From Squalus acanthias (Eukaryota), in the NCBI GenBank assembly GCA_030390025.1, contig CM059431.1, positions 110,052,001 through 110,116,000 on the forward strand: a stretch of 64,000 nucleotides of DNA, written 5' to 3'. A program made the position numbers and the translations under genes. How positions within the stretch are numbered: position 1 is the stretch's first letter; every line of letters begins with the position of its first letter. The notes below the pieces were generated by a model that was not told where the DNA came from, made no database searches, and worked only from the letters and a program-made list of their open reading frames with translations. This document shows, one piece after another, positions 52,600 through 64,000 of this stretch.

Positions 52600-54320
52600 A
52601 GATTGGGGTGGGATCGGTGGCGGGTCGGATGGGAAAGTGGAGTTTTTTGACAGCGGGGCGGGAACCCGCTGTCAACCTGCCGCTGCGCGCCTTTCCCAAT
52701 GCCGGGTCTGTCAGCGCTGAGCAGACCTGAAGGGCTGTGGCGGGCGACCCAATTAATCTCATTAGCATCTAGTTGACAGATGCTTAACAGGCTTTTTTAA
52801 TTTACCTTTTCACTTTAACTGCATGGCCACGGGAACCACGCTGTTCGGGGACTATGGCTGTCAACCTGAGGCAGGAGTTCAGTGGCCATTGCTCCAGCTG
52901 ATTACTTGACAGCTTCAAATGTACAGTAAAAGCTCCCACCTGACAGATCATCACATTCCTCAGGCAGAAGCTGATTCTCAGTCCATTTCCAGCACTGATT
53001 CTGCAGGCTTTCCACTTTCCAGTCTCCATCCAGTATCACTTCATTGGAAGAACTCTCTCACCATTGACAGATCTCTACTTCACCTGCCATCTATTCCATC
53101 AACATGGGTGCCGTTTATACTGTCTCACCTTGGTCCTCAGAATTGGACCACGATGAGCCCAACACCAGCAGCACCAACAACAACACCAACCTTCTCCGCA
53201 ATCACCTGATGCTGCACAGGACACAGGGCATCAGCACCCGACCACATTGCTGCCCAGGAGGCCAGGGATTGCCTCACCATGGCCAGATTTACTCCACTTG
53301 ACGCTGTAGACCCTAGCTGCCACATGATGCGCCAGGTTGGCACCAGCCCACACCAACACAATAAAGCATCCCTACAATATCCAAGCCATTCCTTTCACAC
53401 TCACCACCATTGCGGGGGTGGGTACCGTTATGTCTCACCATTCACTGCAACTCACTAAGCCACTTCCAAAGGTGCACACAAATCTGTCCAAGAACGGAAA
53501 GTGTTGAAAATAAAGATTTCAATGTTTGACACCACATTAACGGAAAGTTTACATGAACATTGGATAAAACACCCAAGTGGCTACCCTTGTGTGTTGTTGG
53601 TTGGTATGATTGCACTAGGATGAGGGTGAGTTTGAGGGGTGGCTAGTGAGATGGGGATGTGATAATGTAGATAGAGAGAAAGGGATGGGTGGAGGTGCAA
53701 GGTAAGTTGGTGTGAGTAAAGATGTGCAGGAGTAGGGTAGGGAAGGCAGAGTGATGGGGATGTGATGAGAGGCACAGCAGGATGAGGATTGAGTGTGGCT
53801 TTGTACTAACGTTTCGTGATCTACTGAGATCATTGAAACATTTGTGGCACTGCACCCAGGTCCTCCTGGCGACATCCCTGCTTGTGACCTCCTCTGCAAT
53901 GTGCAATCAGGCTGTGTTGATCTCCTGAGGAGGTCCCTTCTGCCCGTTGGAAGGGAAGAGGGACCTCCCTGCGTGCTGTGACTCCCTCCATAAGGGAGGG
54001 AGTCCTGGGAGAGCCTGGGTGCAGCCCTGCACATCTGTGCAGTGATTGTCAGTGTTTGCAGCACTTCAATGCTGTAGAACACTGAGCACACATGTTAAAA
54101 TAAGGTTGGCCATGGTCCCTTTAAGGAAACCGGCTGATGACGCATCATCAAATGACGTCACCAGACCCGCTTCCTCTGATTGGACCGGCAAACACGCTGG
54201 GCGGGCTTAACAAGCCCTATCAAGGGAAAATCATTTTAGACAGCGGGATGGAGCCAGCAGCGGGGACCCGCCACCGACGTCGCCCGCCCCGGACCCACCG
54301 AGGTGAGCAATATCCCGGCC
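52600..54320 (-). mobile_element. Harbinger-like family A copy 5 (left TIR not recognisable)
   Basis: Colinear with copies 3 and 4; right TIR aatatcccggcc followed by TAA; frameshifted Myb frame. Confidence 0.85.
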
Positions 54321-54595
54321 TAAGTGCCAATGTCAGTGCATCCACCACTGTCAAACACGAGATTAGCTCACTTAGGGAAAAAAAGCACACATTGATCTCG
54401 GATAATCCTGGTCTGTGTGGCCTACCATAGCATGTACATTTTAACAACTGACCCACTCGGGGGGCAGGGAGGCCTACCTGAATCATATGTTCATTAGAAA
54501 TCCCTATGGAAATATGAGCACTATATTATAAGTTCATGTAAATAGACTCGAGGAGACATTCCATTTATTTTTCCTACCTTTCTCTTACTTTCTAG

Positions 54596-54761
54596 GTTTA
54601 GGCAGCTGCAGGTCACCACAGACAGCCGCGTATCTGAACTCATGAATCAGACAAAGCTAAAAACATTTGAGGCAGAGCGAGCTCAGTTGGTACAAGAGGA
54701 AACAGCCAAGAATCTCAAGCAGTGCCAGGTGGAATGTGATAAGTACCAGAAGAAACTTGAG
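54596..54761 (+). CDS. PIBF1: PIBF1 coding exon (after a 30.6 kb intron)
   Basis: Polypyrimidine tract plus tctag / gtaaaa; (Q)[55 protein letters not shown]; 166 nt. Confidence 0.96.
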
Positions 54762-54910
54762 GTAAAATAATTGTTTTTATTTCAGGGCAACTAAATAGTG
54801 TATGTACGCAAAAAATAAGTTCAAAATACAGGAATCACTATACACAACTCTAATTTGATCCACTTTTTGCATGCTGCATTTCACTGTATAACTCAACTGC
54901 CTTACACAAT

Positions 54911-55469
54911 GGCCCTGAAATTCCTACCCCTGAGATGGTGAACGAGGACACAAGTAAAGCAGGGTTGCAAGGGGCTGGGATTTGTGGTGGAATTCACTTC
55001 TGCGCCCTGCCTCCTTTGTTTACATCCCAAAATTCCAGCCCCTCAGGAAGCCAATTGCAAATGGTGGAGCTGGCGTGATGACGCCCCCTGCCAGTTCCCC
55101 CTTTACTGTGGCCAACTTCAAATAGATCTGCATGAAGCAGGCAGATTTACTAAACCACCATGGCAGTGGGAGCCTAATGCCTCTTTCCCACTGGTAATAT
55201 TGCTGTTACCAGAGAAACTGCCAGCGTTTACTTTTGAAGCCAGGCTCTCCTTCCCACAATGGAGCAGTTAGATACCACTTCAACATCCTTGCCCTTCTAC
55301 AGGGCGGGCGTCCAAGGAACGCCATAAATAGTGTGGGTGCCTGCCCCTTGAGGTAAATTACTCCATATCATGGATTTGGGATGGGAGCAGTGCCCAGCCA
55401 GACTGGCAATCACAAGTCCACCACACCATAATCCTGGTGGTGGGGTGGGGCGCGAGGAATTTCTTATCC
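54911..55469. mobile_element. Possible old Harbinger-type MITE
   Basis: Left ggccctgaaattcc; weak right counterpart ggaatttcttatcc. Confidence 0.4.
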
Positions 55470-57469
55470 AGGAACTTACTATGAACAATGTCACGGAAGA
55501 TCCACTAATTTTTGTATAATTTTGCTAGTTATTTTGTATTCAAACTGTATTTACACACAACGGTATTTACTTCATGTAATGGAAATTGACCCACAACTCA
55601 CAAGTTGAGACCGAAATTCCATGAAACCAGAGCTAAATTTAGCAACGTAGCAATGCAACAGTACATGCTACGTCGCATCACAGCACCATATTGCATCTCG
55701 CTTCACTGCTTCAAAACAGGAACCCAGTATGAATCAACATCTTCAAGAGGTGGGGAGAAAAGGGGAAAATTTGGGGGGGAAAAGTATGGCTTCTTGACCC
55801 AAAACATTTCTGAGTTTATATCGGGAACTGGCTATCCCCTTTCGGAAAATACCTTTTCCCATTCCTGACAAAGCAGTCAATGAGCTCTTCGCACTTGTTG
55901 TTGGAGGTGAGGCTGGAGGGGAGAGGGGTTTAAGGAGACGTTTAGTAGCGCAGAAAAGAAGCTAGGGGTTATCTTTTCTCTCCAGGAAGATTCCTGGAGT
56001 TATTGCGTGGTTTGGTAGGGGAGAGCGAGGCCCGATAGCGCTTGATGTAGTCTAGCCCGATCTGGTGCTGCATGATTAAACCAGTTATGTGCCAGACACG
56101 CTCAAATCTCTGCCCCTTGGACCTGAGGGAGCAAAGATGGGGGTCATACCGGGGGAACAACCATGAAACGAGAGAGCAAAGGTTTTACTGGGGACAAGGA
56201 CGTCAAAGGTGGAGGTGAGGGTGTGATTGAGCAGATCAAGAGCTTCAGAAGTATCATGGCAAATGGAAGGCCAGAGGATAGGTAGTTGGGAGTTTGAAAT
56301 TGCAGTTGTACGTGACTTGCAGGAGAGTTTTCTTCCAGAAGAGAATGCTGAATGGACTTAACGTTCATGGGAAAAATAACAGTCAGCAACAACCATTAAA
56401 AATATGGTGCACTTGAATATTTATAAAGCACCGCGGTCAGATTGAATAGGTCTGAGAGTTCTTAAAGAAAAGGAAAATTGGTTCAGCTCATTAGGCAAAA
56501 CTGGCACCAGAAGTCTGGAAAGTAACAAATGTTATTTAAAAAGATCAGAAGCATGATCCTGCGAATTATAAACTGTTACCGTGACTACTATAATGAAAAA
56601 AATATATCAGAATGTACTATAAATGAAGCTTTTGAGGTACCTCTAACGAGTACAACCAGTGCTTTCCAGAAATAATTAAAATGTCTACTTTTTTCCCAAA
56701 ATTGCCTACATACTCTGAAATTGCTACTTTATTTCTAAAATTAACAAATAAAATTTGCTCTTAAAATAAAAAAAAAACAAAGATTCTTGTGGAACCTATA
56801 ATGATTTTTGGAAAGCATTAGCCCTAATAATGAGGCAAAGGCAACTATTAAAAGCCAATGGTTTACTTAAGGCTAGTTGTGCCAGTTTGGAATCCTTTGA
56901 TGATGGATAGGTGGCCTTGTAGGAGATGGTGGATGCCATGCACTTTTTAAAGCATTTGCTAAGACATTCCACTATTTTGACTTCCATCACTAAGCTTAAT
57001 TAATGTTCATGGTTTGAAATAGATTACTCAATAAAAGTAATTCTTAAACAAACTCATTTCAAAGAGTATCCAAATATGTGCCTTCTACTAGATATAGATC
57101 CAAATAAGATATCTCGGTTTGATCACCTTGCCCATCTTTTCTCATCTATATCAAAGCAACATCCCTTCCTTTCTCAGTACAAAATGGGCCAAGTTAGTAT
57201 AATTAAAATATTCTTCATTTCTTCAGTCTCCATGCGCAAGTGAATAGTTGGTATATCAATGAGAGAAACGCCACTGAATAGTCTACTTTTAAGGCCGACA
57301 ACAGTATTTATATAGCGCCTTTAACGCTGTATTTGGAGTCACATCTCATTTTGTTACTAGCAGGAATCATGACTCGTCCATTCATACGGGAAAAGTACTA
57401 ATCCATTTAAACAGTGTATTTTATGTACTTAGCATAGTTCTGGTAGTTTATTACTGAAGTATAGTACAG

Positions 57470-58097
57470 TATAGTGGGAATCCCCTAGTGTGAGCTGCTG
57501 TGACGTCAATAAGCTGTCTAAGCAGCCAATCAAAACACAGAATTCTCACACAGCAAACCAGGAAGTGGGTAAGCTCTTAAAATTCTAACTTTTTAAAAAT
57601 GTTAGATGGAGCAAAACAAAGATTGGGGCTCTCACATGGGGAAAAGGCACACCTGAAATAAAGATGAACAAACTTTTTTTTTTAATTAAACATTTTTTTC
57701 TTAACATTTTTTAATTTTATTTAAAATGGATAAATTTGACACTGCACAAAATTAAATTTTGTTTTTCAGGGCCATAACCTTTGTTTAGCAGTCAATACGC
57801 TATTAAAACCCCAGTTACACCTAATCCAAAAGGGTCTAACTTTTAGCGCCGAAGTTTTCGTCAGTTTCCATGATTTGAACGATTTCACTGATTGCCGGCT
57901 CTGCGGGGTGGAGGGAGGCGGGGGGAGGTGCAGGGCACAGCGCAGTCTGTGGAGGAGCAGTGAATGACAGACCACAACTTCAGGATTTCTGCATTAGGCT
58001 GCGCATGCGCTAAATCCTGAAGTTGCGGTCAGTTTCAAAGGCGAAATGACGGAGAACGCTGCCAGTTCGCTGTCATCAGGACCGCAAATTCTGGGCC
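57470..58097. mobile_element. MITE distantly related to family B (left end unclear)
   Basis: Right TIR gcaaattctgggcc; shared gcgcatgcgc hairpin and gtttttcag...tttagcagtcaat blocks. Confidence 0.6.
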
Positions 58098-58327
58098 AAT
58101 ATATAAATTAGATGCAAAGTAACTGACTGATTATAGAAGTGGAATTCTATGTGCCAAAGTTGTTGCAGCAATAAAAGGAAGACTTGAGCCCAAACAGCTT
58201 ATCTTTTCTGTATTTACTTATTATTATTTGGAAACTGGACACACATAATAAATGTTACATCGTTAAGCTTAAGTATATTTATTCAGGATAAACAAATGAT
58301 TCTGGTCAAAATAGGGCTGAGTGGAGT

Positions 58328-58768
58328 GAATCATAGAAACTTACAGCACAGAAGGAGGCCATTTGGCCCAACGTGTCTGTGCCGGCCGAAAAAGAGCTAT
58401 CCAGCCTAATCCCACTTTCCAGCTGTTCGTCTGTTGCCTTGTTGGTTGCAGCACTTCAAGTGCATATCCAAGTACTTTTTAAATGTGATTAGGGTTTCTG
58501 CCTCTACCACCCTTTCAAGCAGTGAGTTCCAGACCCCCACCACCCTCTGGGTGAAAAAAATTCTCCTCAACTCCTCTCTAATCCTTCTACCAATTACTTT
58601 AAATCTATCCCCCCTGGTTATTGACCTCTCTGCTAAGGGAAATAGGTCCTTCCTATCCACTCTATCTAGGCCCCTCATAATTTTATACACCTCAATCAAG
58701 TCTCCCCTCAGCCTGCTCTGTTCCAAAGAAAACAACCCCAGCCTATCCAATCGTTCCTCATAGCTAAG
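58328..58768 (-). mobile_element. CR1 3' fragment
   Basis: SYEERLDRLGLFSLEQSRLRGDLIEVYK...VWNSL plus 3'UTR. Confidence 0.9.
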
Positions 58769-59292
58769 GAGTGAAGTATGAGTTTTTGACATTGTAATAC
58801 AGATACTTAAATTGGGAGCATCCTTTTCCCCATTTTGAATGCTGGCTTTGAGCAAAGCACAAGGTGCATGTGGACCTTCATTCAGAAAATTTGAATTATT
58901 ATACTCTTTGACATGGGTCAATTTCCTTTGGCCATGCACTGGTTAACACATGTATATGTTAAAATTGCTGAGTGGGCTGCAATATTTCATTTCACAATGC
59001 ACTGAAAACCCCTGTATCATCCTCTGTCCGATGAGAAAAAAACATTGTAAAACTATCAACATCCAGCTGACTATAGATGATGCTATAAATGACCAATTTC
59101 CAGCTTAAATATGTCACATAAGGTTAGCTACAAAAGCATAAGTTGCAAACCATTTTCTGTAAATCGTTCTGAAATTCGACACATGGACAGCCATGTGTCT
59201 CTACAGCAGTGCAAATAACAAGTTGCCTCCCCAACCCATACTTGGTAAAGCAAACATTGCATAGTAACACACAGCGATCCCCTGTTGATAAA

Positions 59293-59737
59293 GAAAAGAA
59301 AGAACTTGTACTTATATGGCACCTCTCACAACCTCAATATGCCCCCACGTGCTTTACAGCCAATGAAGTACTTCAGATATGTAGTCACTATTTGTAATGT
59401 AGGATACACGGCAGCCAATTTGCTCATAGCAAAGTCTGACAAGCCGCAGTGAAATAAATGACCAGATCATCTGTTTTTTTAGGTGTAGGTTGAGAGATAA
59501 ATGTTGGCTCGGAAACTGAGAGAACTCCCCTGCTCATCTTTTACGCCCACCTGAGAGGGCAGACGGGGCCTCGGTTTAATATCTCATCTGTAAAACGGCG
59601 CCTCCAACAGTACTGCACTCTTTCAGTAGTGCACTGAAGTGCCAGCCTAGGTTATATGCTCCAGAGTCTGGAGTGGGACTTGAACCCACAACCTTCTGAC
59701 TCAGGCTAGCGTGCACTGGGCCAAGGCTAACACCTGT
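59293..59737 (-). mobile_element. Deu-domain SINE
   Basis: Reverse complement of 34476-34937 with an internal deletion. Confidence 0.85.
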
Positions 59738-60235
59738 TGATAGAAGCTTTACCCTTCCTTCCCCCCCTTCCCCCTGCATACACAAAAGATTCACACCACA
59801 GCTTCACACCTTCTTTCCTTATTCCATAGTTTTTCAACTCAAGCAGAAGCTTTAGTACCTGTCTGGAACACCAACACTCCCGATCTGGCTTTTAGCAATC
59901 TTTGTGCATGTCATGTCTGCTCTGAATGAAAGTAAAAAAGCCACAGACAAGTAATCATTCCCCGCATAGGGATGATTTCTCAAATTCAAGATAACATAAT
60001 AAAATAATTTGGACCTTCTGAACACCCCCACCCCCCCAAAAAAAGAATTTTGTGTCAGTGGACAGACGGGAATCTGTTATTCCTCAGGCAGGGGAAAGCT
60101 GTAGTTAAACCCCTGCCCACAGTGGAATTGAAAAATTTGGCATGCTGCTCCCCACTGAAGTAGTTTCCTTATCCTTGCTCCCCGGTCCCTCACTCTCCAC
60201 ACCCTCTTCTCTCCTTCTCATTTATCCGCTCCCCA

Positions 60236-62515
60236 ACTCTATCCTCCCTCCCCCCCTCCTCTATCCTCCCTCCCCCCTCCTCTATCCTCCCTCCCCCCCT
60301 CCTCTATCCTCCCCCCCCTCCTCTATCCTCCCTCCCCCCCTCCTCTATCCTCCCTCCCCCCTCCTCTATCCTCCCTCCCCCCCTCCTCTATCCTCCCTCC
60401 CCCCCTCCTCTATCCTCCCTCCCCCCCTCCTCTATCCTCCCTCCCCCCCTCCTCTATCCTCCCTCCCCCCCTCCTCTATCCTCCCTCCCCCCCTCCTCTA
60501 TCCTCCCTCCCCCCCTCCTCTATCCTCCCTCCCCCCCTCCTCTATCCTCCCTCCCCCCCTCCTCTATCCTCCCTCCCCCCCTCCTCTATCCTCCCTCCCC
60601 CCCTCCTCTATCCTCCCTCCCCCCCTCCTCTATCCTCCTCCCCCCCTCCTCTATCCTCCCTCCCCCATCCCTATCCTCCTCCCTCCCCCCCTTCTCTATC
60701 CTCCCTCCCCCCCTCCTCTATCCTCCCTCCCCCCTCCTCTATCCTCCCTCCCCCCCTCCTCTATCCTCCCTCCCCCCTCCTCTATCCTCCCTCCCCCCTC
60801 CTCTATCCTCCCTCCCCCCTCCTCTATCCTCCCTCCCCCCCTCCTCTATCCTCCCTCCCCCCTCCTCTATCCTCCTCCCCCCTCCTCTATCCTCCCTCCC
60901 CCCCTCCTCTTATCCTCCCTCCCCCCCCTCCTCTATCCTCCCTCCCCCCTCCATCCTCCCTCCCACCCCTCCTCTATCCTCCCTCCCCCCTCCTCTATCC
61001 TCCCTCCCCCCTCCTCTATCCTCCCTCCCCCCCTCCTCTATCCTCCCTCCCCCCCTCCTCTATCCTCCCTCCCCCCCTCCTCTATCCTCCCTCCCCCCTC
61101 CTCTATCCTCCCCCCTCCTCTATCCTCCCCCTCCTCTATCCTCCCCCTCCTCTATCCTCCCCTCCTCTATCCTCCCCCCTCCTCTATCCTCCCCCTCCTC
61201 TATCCTCCCCCCCTCCTCTATCCTCCCCCCCCTCCTCTATCCTCCCCCCTCCTCTATCCTCCCCCCTCCTCTATCCTCCCTCCCCCCCTCTATCCTCCCA
61301 TTCCCCCTCTATCCTCCCATCCCCCCCTCCTCTATCCTCCCTCCTTTATCCTCCCTCCTCCTCCCCCCCCTCCTTTATCCTCCCTCTTCCCTCCCCCCTC
61401 CTCTATCCTCCTCCCCTCCTCCTCTATCCTCCCTCCCCTGCTCCTCTATCCTCCCTCCCCCCCCCTCTATCCTCCCATCCCCCCCTCCCTCTATCCTCCC
61501 ATCCCCCCCTCCCTCTATCCTCCCTCCCCCCCTCCTCCATCCTCCCTCCCCCCCTCCTCTATCCTCCCTCCCCCCCTCCTCCATCCTCCCTCCCCCCCTC
61601 CTCTATCCTCCCTCCCCCCTCTCTATCCTCCCTCCCCCCCTCCTCTATCCTCCCCCTCCTCTATCCTCCCCCTCCTCTATCCTCCCCCTCCTCTATCCTC
61701 CCCCCCTCCTCTATCCTCCCCCCCTTCTCTATCCTCCCTCCCCCCCTCCTCTATCCTCCCTCTCCCCCTCCTCTATCCTCCCTCCCCCCCTCCTCTATCC
61801 TCCCTCCCCCCCCTCCTCTATCCTCCCTCCCCCCTCCTCTATCCTCCCTCCCCCCCTCCTCTATCCTCCCTCCCCCCCTCCTCTATCCTCCCTCCCCCCT
61901 CCTCTATCCTCCCCCCTCCTCTATCCTCCCCCTCCTCTATCCTCCCCCTCCTCTATCCTCCCCCTCCTCTATCCTCCCCCTCCTCTATCCTCCCCCTCCT
62001 CTATCCTCCCCCTCCTCTATCCTCCCCCCCTCCTCTATCCTCCCCCCTCCTCTATCCTCCCCCCTCCTCTATCCTCCCCCCTCCTCTATCCTCCCTCCCC
62101 CCCTCTATCCTCCCATTCCCCCTCTATCCTCCCATCCCCCCCTCCTCTATCCTCCCTCCTTTATCCTCCCTCCTCCCTCCCCCCCTCCTTTATCCTCCCT
62201 CTTCCCTCCCCCCTCCTCTATCCTCCCTCTTCCCTCCCCCCTCCTCTATCCTCCCTCCCCTCCTCCTCTATCCTCCCTCCCCTGCTCCTCTATCCTCCCT
62301 CCCCCCCCTCTATCCTCCCATCCCCCCCTCCCTCTATCCTCCCATCCCCCCCTCCCTCTATCCTCCCATCCCCCCCTCCTCTATCCTCCCATCCCCCCCT
62401 CCTCTATCCTCCCATCCCCCCCCTCCTCTATCCTCCCTCCCCCCTCCTCTATCCTCCCTCCCCCCTCCTCTATCCTCCCTCCCCCCCTCCTCTATCCTCC
62501 CTCCCCCCTCCTCCT
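60236..62515. repeat. C/T-rich minisatellite, unit about 16-22 nt (cctctatcctccctcccccct variants)
   Basis: On the order of a hundred tandem ctctatcctcc-based units; almost no G on the + strand. Confidence 0.97.
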
Positions 62516-63064
62516 CCTTCCATCCCTATCCAATGTCTCTTTCACCCAACTCTTTTCCTCCTCATCCACGCAGCTGCTCTGTGCACCCCATGTCATCCTT
62601 CCTCTTTCCTCCTCCCCCCACCTTCCTGTTCCCTCGTCTCCTCTCTTCCCCATTCACACCTTTTCCTCACTCCATCTACTCCATATTCCTCTCCACTCCT
62701 TTCTCCATCCCATTCTTCCATCTGCCTTTTCACCCCTCCTCCTTACCGCCTTCCCCTGCCTAGGTCCAATTATTCCCCTGCCTTCTAACACTCCTTGACC
62801 TGACTACTGCAATCATTCTTGACCCCCTCATGTACAAAGGCACAGGGGATTGACCAGTTAGTGTAAAATTCCTTTGTGTATTAATTTAACAGCATAATTA
62901 ACCTTTTAAAATAAATAAGTTAATGCCACAGAGAAATTTTATGTGAACATGTTAACTAGCAGACTGACAAGATAAACCTTCCACTGTTTAATTTACCTTT
63001 AGAAGATAATATGTAAAAGCAGGTTTGCAGTTAATTGTGATTTATTGCATTGTTGTCTCAACAG

Positions 63065-63215
63065 GTTTTAACAAAAGAATTTTACAGACTGCAGTCATCA
63101 GCAGACAAACATACCACTGAACTTCAGGCACAAAACTCTGAACTTCAAGCACGATTGGTGACCTATGAGAAACTAGAAGAAGAGCTGGATGGTGTTATAA
63201 TGCAATCAGCTGAAA
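63065..63215 (+). CDS. PIBF1: PIBF1 coding exon (last in window)
   Basis: caacag / gtaggt; [50 protein letters not shown]; 151 nt. Confidence 0.96.
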
Positions 63216-63632
63216 GTAGGTCAACATGCGATACTTGGAATTAGACAGAGATTTCCTCGCTGTGCTGTGTAGCAAAATTGTAAACCTGTTTATAAAGAAC
63301 ATGCTTACATTTTGCTACACCAAGGGCACAGAGGAAATTTTCCCCCATATCACTTTTTATCATGAGATTTTAGAGTACAGGATAGTTATAATTCACTCAC
63401 CGATCTAGATAGCAGTAAAGTCCAGTAGAGTTTAATTGGGAGACCAAAGTATATTGCTGCCTCTAACTCGGACTGAGCTTATTGACCAAGGAGCTGTGCA
63501 CATGTGCTTGGATGCACACTCCCCATTTTTGACATTGACAGAGTGGGCAGAACCATCCACTTTCTCATGATGTTAAAAACGTTGACAATTAAGTTGAAGT
63601 CCTTAGAAGGTCCAATGGATTTCTGTTTTGTT

Positions 63633-64000
63633 TTATTTATTCTCGGCATATGGGCGTCGCTGGCAAGGCTGGCATTTTGTTGTCCATCCCTAGTTGCCCT
63701 TGAAAAGGTGGTGGTGAGCTGCCTTCTTGAACTGCTGCAGTCCCTGTGGTGAAGGTACTCCCCACAGTGCTGTTAGGGAGAGAGTTTCAGGATTTGACCC
63801 AGCGACAATGAAGAAATGGCGATCTATGTCCAAGCTGGGATGGTGTGTGACTTGGAGGTGATGGTGTTGCCATGCACCTGCTGCCCTTGTCCTTCTAGGT
63901 GGTGGAGTTCGCGGATATGGGAGATGTCTTGGCGACTTGCTGCTGTGCATCCTGTAGATCGTACACATTGCAGCCATGGTGCACCGATGGTGGAGTGAGT
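63633..64000 (-). mobile_element. CR1-like second-family 3' end (continues past the window)
   Basis: Homologous to 37064-37470; FKKAAHHHLFKGN. Confidence 0.85.

Noticed and set aside
60142..62763. 873-aa Pro/Ser/Leu-rich (extensin-like) ORF
   Set aside because: The minisatellite has almost no G and only isolated A, so stop codons cannot occur; it is intronic with no independent gene evidence.

Overview
Eukaryotic genomic DNA, very probably a cartilaginous fish (shark), judged from the repeat inventory: Deu-domain tRNA SINE, CR1/L2 LINEs, Penelope-like elements and Harbinger derivatives. The whole window lies inside one + strand gene, PIBF1 (CEP90). Seven GT-AG coding exons (787-920, 4644-4752, 7187-7368, 9764-9889, 23900-23998, 54596-54761, 63065-63215) splice into one open frame of about 322 codons; start and stop lie outside the window. 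The introns are dense in transposons. Most notable points: (1) minimal hammerhead-ribozyme motifs carried by Penelope-like termini, one in sense orientation inside a 79-bp near-perfect hairpin just downstream of an exon; (2) five ~1.6-1.7 kb non-autonomous PIF/Harbinger-like elements with a Myb/SANT mini-ORF, a CRE/CCAAT/GC-box cassette and an apparently internally deleted transposase, plus a sixth with the same ends but unrelated filler; (3) an apparent AC-NNN-GW target preference shared by several Harbinger-type families; (4) a 61-bp local templated insertion in the loop of a hairpin; (5) a 2.3 kb C/T-rich minisatellite that produces a spurious 873-aa ORF. No prokaryotic systems, CRISPR arrays, rRNA or true tRNA genes were seen. 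Family assignments are from recalled motifs, not database searches, and repeat boundaries without TIR/TSD support are approximate.
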